Origin: Octopus vulgaris | Taxonomy: Eukaryota | Reading direction: 5' to 3' | Length of the DNA stretch: 64,000 nucleotides | Assembly: GCA_951406725.2 (NCBI GenBank) | Contig: OX597815.1 | Coordinates: 154,008,001-154,072,000 of the forward strand | Notes under the pieces: generated by a model | Told to the model about the DNA's origin: nothing | The model's database searches: none | Seen by the model: the letters and a program-made list of their open reading frames with translations, nothing else | Shown here: positions 1 to 12,430 of the stretch, in pieces | Layout: each line of letters begins with the position of its first letter | Position numbering within the stretch: the first letter of the stretch is position 1 | Position numbers and translations under genes: made by a program

Positions 1-479
1 GATCGCAGCTGATACAAGGACCTGCTTGATCAAAGCTGATTTCGTGTTACATAAGGAGAATACAGAAAGTTATCCAATTAATTTCATAGTAATTGCCAAC
101 ACCAATTCTTGTTACGATTGGTTTGACGTCTATGTATCCATCTTTATATCTAAGATACATCTTACAGAATGACGTTCCTCAGTCAAGTAATATACTTGAC
201 TATTTATCTTAGTTATTGAAATTCCTTTCGGTAACAGGAGCTTATTTGATGATGTGCAATAACACTTAGTACAATATCATCTAGCATAGAATATTAATTC
301 CTATCAAACACTTAACGAACGTATTCATTTCTCTTGCATGATTTGAACACGTTTCAAAAGGAAAATAAATCATACAACGGAACTGTCATTAAGATTTTAA
401 ACGTGTACGTATGATGCGTTGTATTTGTCATTGCAGGAGTTACAGAGAAAAATTTATATTAAATAGTAATTGATATCTT

Positions 480-840
480 CTATCGTTTTTCTTGTTTCAG
501 TCGTTGGACTGAGGCCATGCTGGGGCACCGCCTTGAGCGGGGTAGTAAAAAAAATTCAAGTACTGATGCTTTTTTCTTTAAAGCCTGCTACTTCTTCTAT
601 TGGTTCTGTTGCTGAACAGCGGTTGTGAAGTGGTGGTGGTGGTGGTGGTGAGGGCGACAAATACAGACATAAAAAGATGCACACATATACGCACGTTTGT
701 ATATGTATATATACGGGCTACCGCAAAGATTTTGCCTATCAAATCCACTTATTTGGTCAACACGGGGCTGCGCGTTGGGACTGACCACTAAACCAAGAGG
801 TTGCAAAGCTAGATTCTTAACCACACAGTCATGCCTGCAC
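480..840 (-). mobile_element. tRNA-derived SINE, family A, degenerate
   Basis: Reverse complement carries the head gcaggcatgactgtgtggttaagaatctagc and the tail aaggcggtgccccagcatggcctcagtc, as in the copies at 29570 and 43606. Confidence 0.75.
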
Positions 841-894
841 CTATTAAAAAAATCAATAGGATTTCAATGGCAACAACCAACGAAGAAAAATTCG

Positions 895-1553
895 GGATCT
901 CGACCTTTCAACCTACAGATTTAAAAAATAATTTTTTGTAACTAAACACTTTCAAACTTCGGACACTGGTAGAATGTGTCATATAAAACATCTTTTAATG
1001 TCAACATTTTTGAGAAAAACTTATATTTACGAAGTTATTTCACGTTAAAGTTGTATTTCGGTAATTTCAACCAATCAACGATGTGTATTCAGCTGAATAA
1101 AATTTCTGCCGTTGTTTGTCAACAACAACTATCGGCTGTGTATTTTCCTTTTGTAACTGTTATTTATGACATCGTTCGTGCGTTTGCACTGGTTTTAGCT
1201 TTAAAGTTTTAGGGTTAGGTTTAAGGTTTTAGGGTTAGGGTTAGGGTTGGGTTTTAGAGTTAAGGTTTTAGGGTTAGGGTTGCCATAAATAACAGTGACA
1301 AACTAAAAATACACCACCGGAAGTTGATAAACACCAGCAGTAATTTTATTCAGTCGAATACATGTCATTGATTGGTTGAAATTACCGAAATAAGACTACT
1401 TTAACGTGAAATAACTTCGTAAATATAAGTTTCACTTAAAAATGCTAAGAATAAAAGATGTTTTATATGACACACTCTACCAGTGTCTGAAGTTTGAAAG
1501 TGTTTAGTTGCAAAAAATTATTTAAAACATTTGTAGGTCAAAATATAAAATCC
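895..1553. mobile_element. Non-autonomous DNA transposon (MITE) with ~230-bp imperfect TIRs and a TTAGGG-rich core
   Basis: 895-~1125 is the inverted complement of ~1323-1553. GG...CC termini. 8-bp TSD aaaattcg at 887-894 and 1554-1561. A TIR fragment recurs at ~4417-4467. Confidence 0.88.
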
Positions 1554-2380
1554 AAAATTCGTTCTACGTATGCAAGTGCTGCTAAGGGAAATACAATTAC
1601 TATCATGTAAAGGACAGAGTGTTATGATGATTGCCCTTATCAATGTGAAATGTTTATGAAGAAGTCTGTGACAGAAACAATGTTCTCGAAAGTCAATGAT
1701 ATGTTAGCACAGAATAGTATGCTGAAATCGATTATCTAGAGTAAGGCATGTTGTTGACTTTAACAATATTGCATTAACTGGGAATGCATTTGATCGATAA
1801 CATATTGCAGATATCTTAATCTTGTGTTTTGTTTCGTACTAGACAACCTGGCTTTGTTAAGACATATCTCAATCATACCGTATTAAATAATATAAAGATG
1901 CACAGGTACACTAGACGTACCCTAGCTTAAGCAGCGAATATTCAGAAGAAAACGAAAGAAAAAAAGAATCTTTTAGGGTATTAAGGCATGTAGTATAGGT
2001 CCATCTTAGCATATAAGACCTGAACGGATTCGTTGAGAATTTTTGTTTACAAAAATGTGCGTATTATATGCTATGAAATGCGGTACTTATTTAAGCTAGC
2101 TTTCTGTTTGAAATTCATGAGATTTTTTAAAATAAAGATGATCCTCCCTTTATGGGTTAACGGCCAATATCTAAATTATAGACCATCAATAACACTTTGG
2201 GAAATTAACACTACTGGAATTCGAAACGGCAATTAATCGAAATTACTGATTTAGTCAGTTGACAACCCTAACCCTAAAACCCTAACTCTAAAAGAGCGGA
2301 AGGACGATATTCCCGTTGATTCATTGTCCCTGTGTTGTGATAAGTGTCAATAGATTTAAAAATCACTAGTTCAATGCAGA

Positions 2381-2753
2381 AGGCGGCGAGCTGGCAGAAA
2401 GTTAGCACGCCGGGCGAATGGCTTAGCAGTATTTCGTCTGCCGCTACATTCTGAGTTCAAATTCCGCCGAGGTCGACTTTGCCTTTCATCCTTTCGGGGT
2501 CGATTAAATAAGTACCAGTTACGCACTGGGGTCGCTATAATCGACTTAATCCATTTGTCTGTACTTGTTTGTCCTCTGTGGGTAGTAAAGAAATAGGTAT
2601 TTCGCCTGTTTTTACGTTCTGAGTTCAAATTTCGCCGAGGTCGACTTTACCTTTCGGGGTTGATAAATTAAGTACCAGTTGCGTACTAGGGTTGATGTAA
2701 TCAACTGGCACTTCTCCCCAAACATTTCGAGTCTTGTGCGTAGAGTAGAAAAG
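2381..2753 (+). mobile_element. Dimeric SINE, family B (aggcggcgagctggcagaa head)
   Basis: Two tandem monomers sharing gagttcaaattccgccgaggtcgacttt. 20-bp TSD aatcact(a/t)gttcaatgcaga at 2361-2380 and 2754-2773. Confidence 0.88.
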
Positions 2754-2973
2754 AATCACTTGTTCAATGCAGATATAACAAGATGTTCGCTGATAGAATA
2801 TGATGATAAATAATTTTTTTACTGCAGCGTTTACAACAAATACTCCAGTTTCAACACGAATTGAACTTTTGAGGTATGGAATTCGAGATAATTATAAAAC
2901 TAAAGTTTTATCACGTTCATTAGTTATTAATTGTTTTCTTCATATTTTGATTTTTATGATTTTCTTTACACAG

Positions 2974-3087
2974 AAAGATCTTATTCCGGATGATATCATG
3001 TTAATAGACACATGGGATTCCATCTTTCTCTGGATTGGAAATGACGTAAGGCACGATGATAAAAAACAAGCCAATACGCTAATTCTG
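2974..3087 (+). CDS. Villin/advillin-family gene, internal exon (gelsolin repeat 6): KDLIPDDIMLIDTWDSIFLWIGNDVRHDDKKQANTLIL
   Basis: Polypyrimidine tract and acacag acceptor, ctg|gtaaga donor, 114 nt, phase 0. Matches the gelsolin-repeat motif DLxxDDVxLLDTWDxIFxWIG. No upstream exon recognised in the window. Confidence 0.93.
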
Positions 3088-4141
3088 GTAAGATGATATT
3101 TTCTTTCAATACAATTGTATAAATCCCACAGAAACTTTAAAATCCGTGCGAACGTAAAGCTAAAACACATAAACTCACATGCAAATCTATACTGGATTTT
3201 CAGGTAAATTCGTTCTATTTCGCACTCCATCTCATATGTCTGAAAAGAGATAAAATTTATTCAAATTTCCAAAAAGATAAATAAAAGTTGTAGAGGAAGA
3301 ATGACAAAAAGTCGTGTTATATTTCTTGTACCAGTCTCAAGGTTTAAAATAAATGAAAAAAAAAAAAAAGAGAAAGCGAACGATTTTTTTCTGACAACCT
3401 AATGTGTACGAGTCAACAAGAGAGCTGCTGACAGGTTTCTTTGCCTCTTAAAAATATATTCAACAAGTCTCAAAAATCACAAGGAGGTACATTCGGATGA
3501 TGACATCCAGTATACATACCAAATGCAAAAGCAGGCGATATGACCCCTGGTGGAATGCAGTCAGCTGTGTTAGGGCCCGTACCAAAAGCAAAAAACAAAA
3601 TATATTTCCTAAGACATGCTATGGCGTGGGATGTCATATAGACTTATGTTTACTAATCTAAAAAGTCATTGCTATTTTTAAGTTGACATTCTACCATTGT
3701 ACTTTATGTCTCATCACTGAAAATTCTTCAATATAAACACTAATTATGCATAAGGGCCAGTTTTAAGATCTGTTTGTTTTTTCTAACAACCAAATTAAAT
3801 ATTCAGTTTAGAATTAGGGTTGTGTTAGGAATGTTCTTTACACTTGGAGCTGATGATAAAATACTTCAAATTACTGTGCACGAGGAGAAAAATAATTTTT
3901 AATGCGATAATTCTGTCATTGAAAGGAATGTAGAAGTGAAGACTCGCACCCAGCGATTGCTTAAATGCATTTGCATCACTGATAGTATATATCTAATTTC
4001 ATTAATCTCCCCTCAACTCTCCCTTAGGTCCCTGTTTATATCAAAGAACCAACAAACAACCAATCTATTATACTTTCTGTAAGAAAATAAATGTGCTTTC
4101 TAAAAAGATATAAAAATAAATATACTTAATATCATTTTCAG

Positions 4142-4264
4142 CAATATTTAGAAAATGACCCCGCTTTTCGACATACCGATATACCAATTTATCGTGTTTA
4201 TCAAGGATACGAACCTGCTATATTTTCCGGTTTCTTTACTGACTGGAACGAAAGCTTTTGGGAG
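4142..4264 (+). CDS. Villin/advillin-family exon (end of gelsolin repeat 6): QYLENDPAFRHTDIPIYRVYQGYEPAIFSGFFTDWNESFWE
   Basis: ttttcag acceptor, gag|gtaagt donor, 123 nt, in frame with the previous exon. Matches the villin/gelsolin motif YLxxDPxxRxxxxPIxxVxQGxEPxxFxGxFxxW. Confidence 0.95.
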
Positions 4265-4464
4265 GTAAGTGTAAATTGGTAAAAACATTCTGCAGTTTTT
4301 AGTTACATTAAAAGTTACTACTTTTCAATGGATTTATCTGCCAATGCTAAAAATGAAAACTCAAAATTATTTAAAGATATTCATGTCGTACAATTTCTTT
4401 GTTTGCTAAATTTTAGGTATTTCACGTTAAAGTTATCGTATTTCGGTAATTTCAACCAATCAAT

Positions 4465-4588
<124 letters not shown>

Positions 4589-5394
4589 CGCTGTTGCAGC
4601 TGGCACCTCACAGTTAATTATCTGAATTTCACTTTTCCTGATCTTCAGACTGGATATGAAGAGTAATTTGTATTCTGTCGTATACTTGAAATGAAATAAG
4701 AAGATGTAAGGTGACAGCTGCAATATCCAATAATATCTTCCACCCCATGACATTGAGTAACGTTTAGAGTTTCTCACCTTGACCTTCATACACTGCGCTC
4801 ACACACAAACACACACACGCACACGCACACACAAACGCACACATACACACACGCACAAGATACACCAACTAATAGTTACCAATTTCAATATACGAAAACG
4901 AGGTGACAAGGGAGAAATCAGAACTATATTTAAGTTTCACTAATATGAACATACAGGTATTCTTTCAAATCGGTCAAGCAATGATAAATAATAGATATTT
5001 CAGGTTGTTTTAATCTTTGGTTCTATATGTAAGATAATACAGTATCTTATCTCTTTGCGTTCATTTATTGACGTCATCTTACCTATTTGGTATAACTCAT
5101 CATATACTTTGCTCAAAGGTTTTGCAAACATTAATGTCATTTACACATATTGCAAGGCTTCCAGCGAATTACAATACACTTTTATTTTTATAATATTCTA
5201 AATACACAAAAGGTAGTTCACTATAAAACGAAGTGATTCCCCTACAGCTCTATACTCTGTAATTTCTTCTAAATTAAGTGCAGCCTTTTGGCATAATCAG
5301 TAAAATAATTACGATATTTAGTCTCACATTATATAATCAAATGCTACCGGTGTAATCTTTTAATGCGTCCCTCCCGATTGACAGATCACGTTTA

Positions 5395-5680
<286 letters not shown>

Positions 5681-5771
5681 ATATAAATTCCATCCAGACA
5701 TTATTGTTTTTACCACTATATATGTGTGCGTGTGTGTGTGTGAGTATTTGTGTGTGCGCACACGTGTGTGT

Positions 5772-6387
5772 ATTATCTATTTTTATACCTGCGATCACAT
5801 TGTTTACATAGAAGTATTTGTATACGAAGCATCGTAATTTTCACTGCTGGTTCTGATATCTATAGAAAACCTGAAGAAATGCACTTAGAAATTAGAATAT
5901 CGCACTGCTAACACAAAAGTAAGGCACAATATTAACTTGTAAACCTATAATAATATACTTGGTATGTATTATAGTTGCAAAATGAAATACTGTCTCCTTG
6001 CTAACAATATTTACGTATCAGTTGCTAGGAATGTGTGCAAATACATATATCGCTCTATCTAATCGTATTACACTACTAAAATTAGTGTGTATTCATACAC
6101 TGTTGCAGATGGGTTGGACGTGCTGCTGATGAAATATGTATATACACCCATTGCCTATTTTTTTAATGTTCGATCGCGTTGTTTACATAGACGTATTCGT
6201 ATACGAAACGTCCTAACGTTCAGTGCTGGCTCTGAATTTTATAGAAAATCTTTAGAGATAAACCTTAAAATGAGAACATCGCACTGCTAACAGAAAAATA
6301 AGACATAAAATTGACTTGCTAACCTTTAATATACTTGATAGTATGCTTTAGTTGCAAAACGACATACTGTGTTCTTACTAGCAATTA
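5772..6387 (+). repeat. Diverged tandem duplication (~5772-6010 and ~6150-6387) in the villin intron
   Basis: Collinear blocks, e.g. ttgtttacataga, tatacgaa, tatagaaaa, atcgcactgctaaca, tagttgcaaaa. Confidence 0.8.
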
Positions 6388-6459
6388 TCACACACACATA
6401 CATACACACACACGCATGCACACACACACAGACGCACACACATACACACACATATATAT

Positions 6460-7123
6460 AGGGGGTACCCAAGAGAAACCAGAATCTTATAATATTATTT
6501 TATTCACTAAATATTCTTCATTTGAAGTATCCATCTGAAGCAATGCGTTGGTCCAGACGCGTTTTCTACCGTTCGAGGCAGTGTTGGAACTCTTGCAAAG
6601 TGGTTCCTTTTAATGCCACCGTTGTTTTGTTCTTCACCTCTTCCACATCTGCAAATTCTCTAGCACCAGCTTTCGTCACCAGTGATGGCCTTCAATCAAA
6701 AAAAGGTCCTGATAAAGTTCAGTCCTGACCACTTTTGATCTTCCCTGAGCAAGTGAGGCACACATTTTGCTGCAACTCTTTTCATTCGTAATTCCTCGCT
6801 CAAAATTTGTTGGCAGGAGCTCCAGGACACACAAGTCATATCAACAAGTTCGTCAATTGTTCGGTGGTGTTCCTCCAAGATCAGTTCATTAATTCCTAAA
6901 GTGTGTAGAGCACCCGTAAACTTGTGTTTTTCTCATGGTAGCGCCCTTGTAAGCTGTTTGAAGTATGACATCTGTTTCGGCCGCTGTTTCCCAATTTCAC
7001 GGAAGCACACTATTCCTTCGTTTCAGCCATCACAGAAATCGACGAACAGGGGAGAAGCACTGCAAAGCAAAGATGCACCACGTGGAAGTAGGACTATACT
7101 TGACGACGCCGGTCGGTGTGCTC

Positions 7124-7125
<2 letters not shown>
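6460..7125 (-). mobile_element. Mariner-like transposon remnant, internally deleted
   Basis: ORF 6696-6878 has QILSEELRMKRVAAKCVPHLL, the mariner HTH plus WVPH-like linker. Flanked by TA repeats. Confidence 0.8.
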
Positions 7126-7200
<75 letters not shown>

Positions 7201-7444
7201 TATGTATATATATATGTAAATATGTATATGTGACCAGTGAATAAATGAATTTAAATAAAGTTAGTGAATTATTTGGACACTATATCCTAAACAGACCAAG
7301 TTCTTTATGCCAATATATTGACACTTTAAGTTCCTCAATAGGAGGGAAGCGATCAGGAGTCATATCTCACCGAGCGTTTAACGAACGTAAAGTGGTTATG
7401 AGTTTGGTTAAAATTCTGTCTTAGCGTTTTGATTAATATGTTGC

Positions 7445-7750
7445 TGAATGAAACCTGAAGGTTTCTTGGCTTGATCATATCACAAATGATAAAGTGTTGA
7501 GAAGAGCTGACCTAAGTGAACTGCAAGACACCATCACAGCTAGACGAAGGAACCTTCTTGGCCATGTATTGCGCTTATCGTTGGAGAGACCGGCAAGGAC
7601 ACCCTGTACTCGGTTGAAGGAGAAAAGAAAAAGAGAGGCCGCTGAAGACAAATGTAAAACACTGCCCCGGGAGAATGACCGGGATGGGTGTCACTCTGGA
7701 AGCTAGTGCAGTTTCATACCGCTTGGAAAATTCATTGCCCATGTTCTTTC
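7445..7750 (+). mobile_element. RTE-clade LINE 3' fragment
   Basis: LKVSWLDHITNDKVLRRA...RRRNLLGHVLRL, the typical RTE ORF2 C-terminus. Confidence 0.8.
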
Positions 7751-7966
7751 AAATAACAATAACAAAATGAATGTTGGATGTTCTGATTACAACTAGTGAA
7801 ATATTTAAATTTTAACCACTAACTAAAATAGAAGTTCTTTTCAAAGCGGGCATATAGTTAAATTACACACACACGCTCCCCCACACACATATACTCTCTC
7901 TTTTTCTCGCAGGCACACGCGCACACTGGAACACAGACAGCATATGTGTGCACATACACACATATA

Positions 7967-8019
<53 letters not shown>

Positions 8020-8957
8020 AAAGAGAGAGAGAGAGAGTGGCTAAGAGTCTGCAAGTATTTGTGTACGATATATATTAGGCGTATGAAATGTAATGTATTT
8101 TTGTACAAATAATCTGAAATCATATCACAAATAGTTTACAAGTCAATAAAAGTTATTCTTGAAAACAATCAGTTAGCATAGAGCTAATGGCCAAACAGTA
8201 ACGTTGACACGCTCTGCGTCTATATATCCTCTATTTGAGACCTCTTCGAAGACGAGGACTTTAGTAAGCAGCATATTCAGTGTTGCATTCTTTAGACATT
8301 TCATAAGATCTACAATGCAGTACATGAAAAAGAAAACATATGTACCGTATATGGTGTTGTTATGAGTTTTCGGATATGTTAAAGGTGGGTTAGCAAATTC
8401 AAAGCACGTAAACTTGATTTGTACATGTGTATCGGTGAGGACAAACCAACCGTTCTCAATAGTGACATAGTGAAAGTAATTGAAGAAAATCTGACAAAGT
8501 ATCTGTGACATGTCACGGAGGCTTAATAGGTTTCCTCACCCTTTCAAAATCGAAGTGTAACTAGTGATGAGAACTAAATAGCATATACCAACACTAAACG
8601 TAAAATCATACTCCAGTTCACACACTCAAACTATCACTACACCGAAAAGAGATTTTGGTGTGCGTTTGGTGAAATACAATATCTTATTTTCCCTTTCTTT
8701 CTCTTTTCTAATTTTTTTCAGTCATTAGACTGCTGGGGCACCACTTTGAAGAATTAGTAGTCGAATGCATCGACGCCAGTACTCATCTTGGACAAGGGAA
8801 AAGTATCACCGTAGAATTTTAACAACTTGAAAGTGTTAATCAAGTATTCGTCAACAATCTGCTCAGGTCCACAGAGAGCGAATCAAGATAAATTTATTAG
8901 ACTGGGGATCTCTTCCTCATCCTCCCTTCACACCAGACCTAGCACCATCAGATTTAC

Positions 8958-8993
<36 letters not shown>

Positions 8994-8994
8994 C

Positions 8995-10180
8995 ATAGAG
9001 TCCTATTAATTCGTTATGAATCTCTCAACAAAGGACACAACGATAGTGTTGATGATGGTAGACACGTTTTATTGTTTTAACACATAAAAATGTGTTTAAA
9101 TATTACTATTAATCAGTGCCCGTACTCGGCAGCGGGCACACGCTTCAAGTGAGACTTGAAATCTGTGCACACGTTGCGGATATTTTCCTTCCTTATGCTG
9201 GTCCGCATGCAGTTGACGGAGAAGTTAAGCTCCTCGCCGTTGATGTCGAGGACTTTACAGGTCGACGTAAGCCGCACGTTATAGTCGAGGGGGTTGAGGT
9301 CGGACGACTGCGGCGACCAAAACTCCTTTGACCCGAAATTCATGTTCGACCCCAACCTCTCATTCATGGCCATGACCGTGTGGGCTAAAGTACTGTCCTG
9401 CTGAAAGATATAGTCTACCGCGGTGAGCTTGTAATCGCGAAATACACCTGCGGCATCTTCTCGCCATTCAAAGCCGCTACTTCGAGCATCATGACAGAGG
9501 ATGGGTGCTTGGTCGTGGACATGTAACCGACCTAGGAAGCGTCCTGAGTGAAGCTGACAACGCGGTCATTCTGCTTGTTGACGGTTGGATCGACCATGAA
9601 ATATTTTTCATCAGAAAAAATGAGAATTCGATTGCCATGACATTTGAAGTGGTTGAGAAGGTGACGATAGCGCTCCCGACGTTGTTATCGCATATGGCCA
9701 GTGAGCAGAGGCCTTTCTACGCGACTGAAGCTCCTGCCGCTCTCCTCCTTAACGGTCCTGGACATCGTGGCTCCCGAAATATTGTTGTTCTTCTTGAGTG
9801 CAGTCATTTTGTGCTTCGGATCACTTTCGAAGGCCTTTACAACAGCCAAATGGTTGATAGCTTAAGGTCTGCCTGATCGAGGTTGATCATACAGATTTTT
9901 CCTGTTACTGAGCCTCTCCGTAATTCTGTGGACAGTCATCCGGCTGACGTTGAACCGCTTGGTGATGTCAGACTTGTTGAGGCCCGCGTGCAGGAGAGCA
10001 GAGATCTCAATTCTTTTCGCTTCCATCTCGATACACCTGCATGCAATGGAAAAGACGTGTTAATGACACGTGCTGGAAAAGCAGAACTTTAAGCATGTTC
10101 GACCGTACTTTATCTATCACACACATTAAACTCCCGAAAGATCACAACCGAGAGTAACAGGACTTTTGCAAAGCCCCGTA
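8995..10180 (-). mobile_element. maT/DD37D-like Tc1/mariner transposon with pseudogenised transposase (~10026 to 9113)
   Basis: Minus strand gives MEAKRIEISALL...PRSGRP, IFSDEK, FQQD and WSPQSSDLNPLDY, with in-frame stops. TA-repeat flanks. TIRs poorly matched. Confidence 0.85.
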
Positions 10181-10190
10181 TATATATATA

Positions 10191-10375
10191 GTTAATCCAA
10201 ACACTACAACGCGAGGACGTGGAACAAGTATAGTGTTATTGGACGCTCAGGAAAGGAAAGAAAGAAGGAGGATTTAACGTTTCGAGCGGTGCACTTGGTC
10301 AGAAACATAGAAAAAGGAAAGGTCCAAGGCAGGGAAGACGGAGAAGAAAATCACCAACAATAAACCTGCGGTCAC
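10191..10375 (-). mobile_element. Penelope-like terminal repeat fragment with a degenerate hammerhead motif
   Basis: Minus strand ctgaccaagtgcaccgctcgaaacgtta (~10275-10302). Abuts (TA)n. Confidence 0.55.
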
Positions 10376-11359
10376 ACACACACACACACGCGTACACACA
10401 CACACGCGTACACGCACACACACACACACACATATATAAAGCGTAGGCAGCTATACACAATGTAAAACGAAAAAGGAAAAATTCCATCGTCACTAATTGT
10501 GACTAAGGATGCTGGTTAGAACTTATATTATATTTCTAGAAACATGAGTTAAAACTCATAGAACTGCAATGAAGTGCATTTTTCATGTATTGACAGGAGA
10601 GATAATCGCTCCACAAGCGAAACTAGATCACTGGAGCCGACTAGTTTCGTCTGTAAAATTGCAGACTCGTCTACAGTGACTACTGCATCGCCGAATCGTT
10701 TAGCCAAATCCACACTGTCTGTATATATACTCACCATATTTAACGAAATGCTTATGTGAATACACACATCACACACATATACACACACATACATACATAC
10801 ATACATACATACATACATACATACATACATACATACATACATACATACATACACACAAATACACACATATAACATGATAATCTATTTTATATAAGTAAAT
10901 ATAATTAGACTTACTGTCAAGATTTTCTGGGGTTAAAGCTGAAATATAAATCATGCTTATCTGAAACTAACTATTGCGATGTTTAATTCTTCTGAGAAAC
11001 TCTTCAAACAAGTATATTGAATGATATTTAGTGCAAAAAAAGTATACAAAAACAGAACAAAAAAACTCCAAACATTGTGTTTCGCAAACACAAAATGCAT
11101 AAGAATTCTGTATTGAGATATGTGTATTAACATTAATCAACTTGTCACATGCGATTAAATGGGATGTAGAGCAGACGCATTATTAAATGTAGTAATGTTT
11201 ATACAAAGTAATGTTCACAAAAATGTCTAACGGGAAATCTTTCGTTTGTTTTAAATTATCTGTAAAAACCGATTGATTATGCGTCTTTTTGTGGAGCAGA
11301 TTAATGAATACGTTGTAAAAACAAAAGATATAACACTATATAAATTGTTTATTCAATAG

Positions 11360-11431
11360 AATGATACAACATTCGAACAGTTAGAAAAACAGCTGAAGTT
11401 GAACAATATGAATGTACCGTTGTTTGAAGTG
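11360..11431 (+). CDS. Villin/advillin-family linker exon: NDTTFEQLEKQLKLNNMNVPLFEV
   Basis: tcaatag acceptor, gtg|gtaagt donor, 72 nt, phase 0. TFEQLEKQL resembles the villin-family T/SYEQLKxEL helix that follows repeat 6. Confidence 0.85.
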
Positions 11432-12313
11432 GTAAGTTATTAATTTTCATTAAGTTTATAAGCTTTATATATTGTTTCCCGTTACATCCTTATTCAGAAA
11501 AGTAGTTCGCTCTTCGTGTATTAAAACAAGGTTTTCGGAAAATAAATAAGAATTGTTAATGACTATGGGACGCCATATCTTCTGAATTACAAAAACTTTA
11601 TACTCAGACGAACAGAAATCAATGCTTTGAGGTTTTCTAAGGCAACGAAATTAGTATAAAACGTCATAGAAATTTTAACCCCAACTCTCAGTTTTCAGTT
11701 CAAATTTCGACTAACGATTTCTTTTATCTCTTGCCTAGTTTAAAGAAGATTTATCTGATTAAAAAATAATAAAACCATTAACATTATTTGACTAATTAAT
11801 GGCATTGATGGCGTTTAAAAATTAATAAACATTTAATAACAGCGCCAAAAAGTTCTCAATGTCGCAGTGTATAAAATCTTTCATTTCTCAAGTTTATGAA
11901 TCAAAGATGGAAAATATTGAGAAACATAACTTCGAATTTTGAATGGATACACGTTTGACCGAGTTTTAATCTCTAAATAAAATTTCAGTAATAAATTATA
12001 TCGCAAGTGTACATGACATACGAGTTGTCATTAAACCGAAATGATCTTCATTTCACTTGAAGTGATATTTATCAATATTTTCTTGTGTTAATATAGCTAT
12101 TGAAACATGAACACTTTTATTCCTCTTTTCTGTGAATCATATAGCATTTCTAGTGAATCATATTGCGTTTCTAGTTTACAATGGAGCACTGAAGCTTTAA
12201 AATATGAAAGCCATAAACATCCTTTACCAACTTTTCTCTATATGCTCTAATGGTACGGCTACTATAAAGATAATTGCATAAAATTCATATAATCGCCGGC
12301 TTTTCTTGTGCAG

Positions 12314-12430
12314 CCTTCAGCTAAACACAGTGGTCAAACATTCAAGCAAGTACCAAAATATGCTTATTCCATGTTGGCTGGAAGATCTCCTGATATGTTA
12401 CCCTCCGAAGTTGATCCTTCAAACAAAGAG
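12314..12430 (+). CDS. Villin headpiece N-terminal subdomain exon: PSAKHSGQTFKQVPKYAYSMLAGRSPDMLPSEVDPSNKE
   Basis: ttttcttgtgcag acceptor, 117 nt, headpiece motif YxxxxL...LPxxVDPxxKE. Ends at a non-canonical gag|gcaagt donor. Confidence 0.9.

Noticed and set aside
1208-1282. TTAGGG tract as a real telomere or fusion site
   Set aside because: Short, degenerate and enclosed within a TIR element with a TSD.
2800-3096. 98-aa ORF as a single coding unit, including FTQ that resembles villin DFTQDDL
   Set aside because: The upstream part is a polypyrimidine tract ending in acacag. Only 2974-3087 has splice boundaries and homology.
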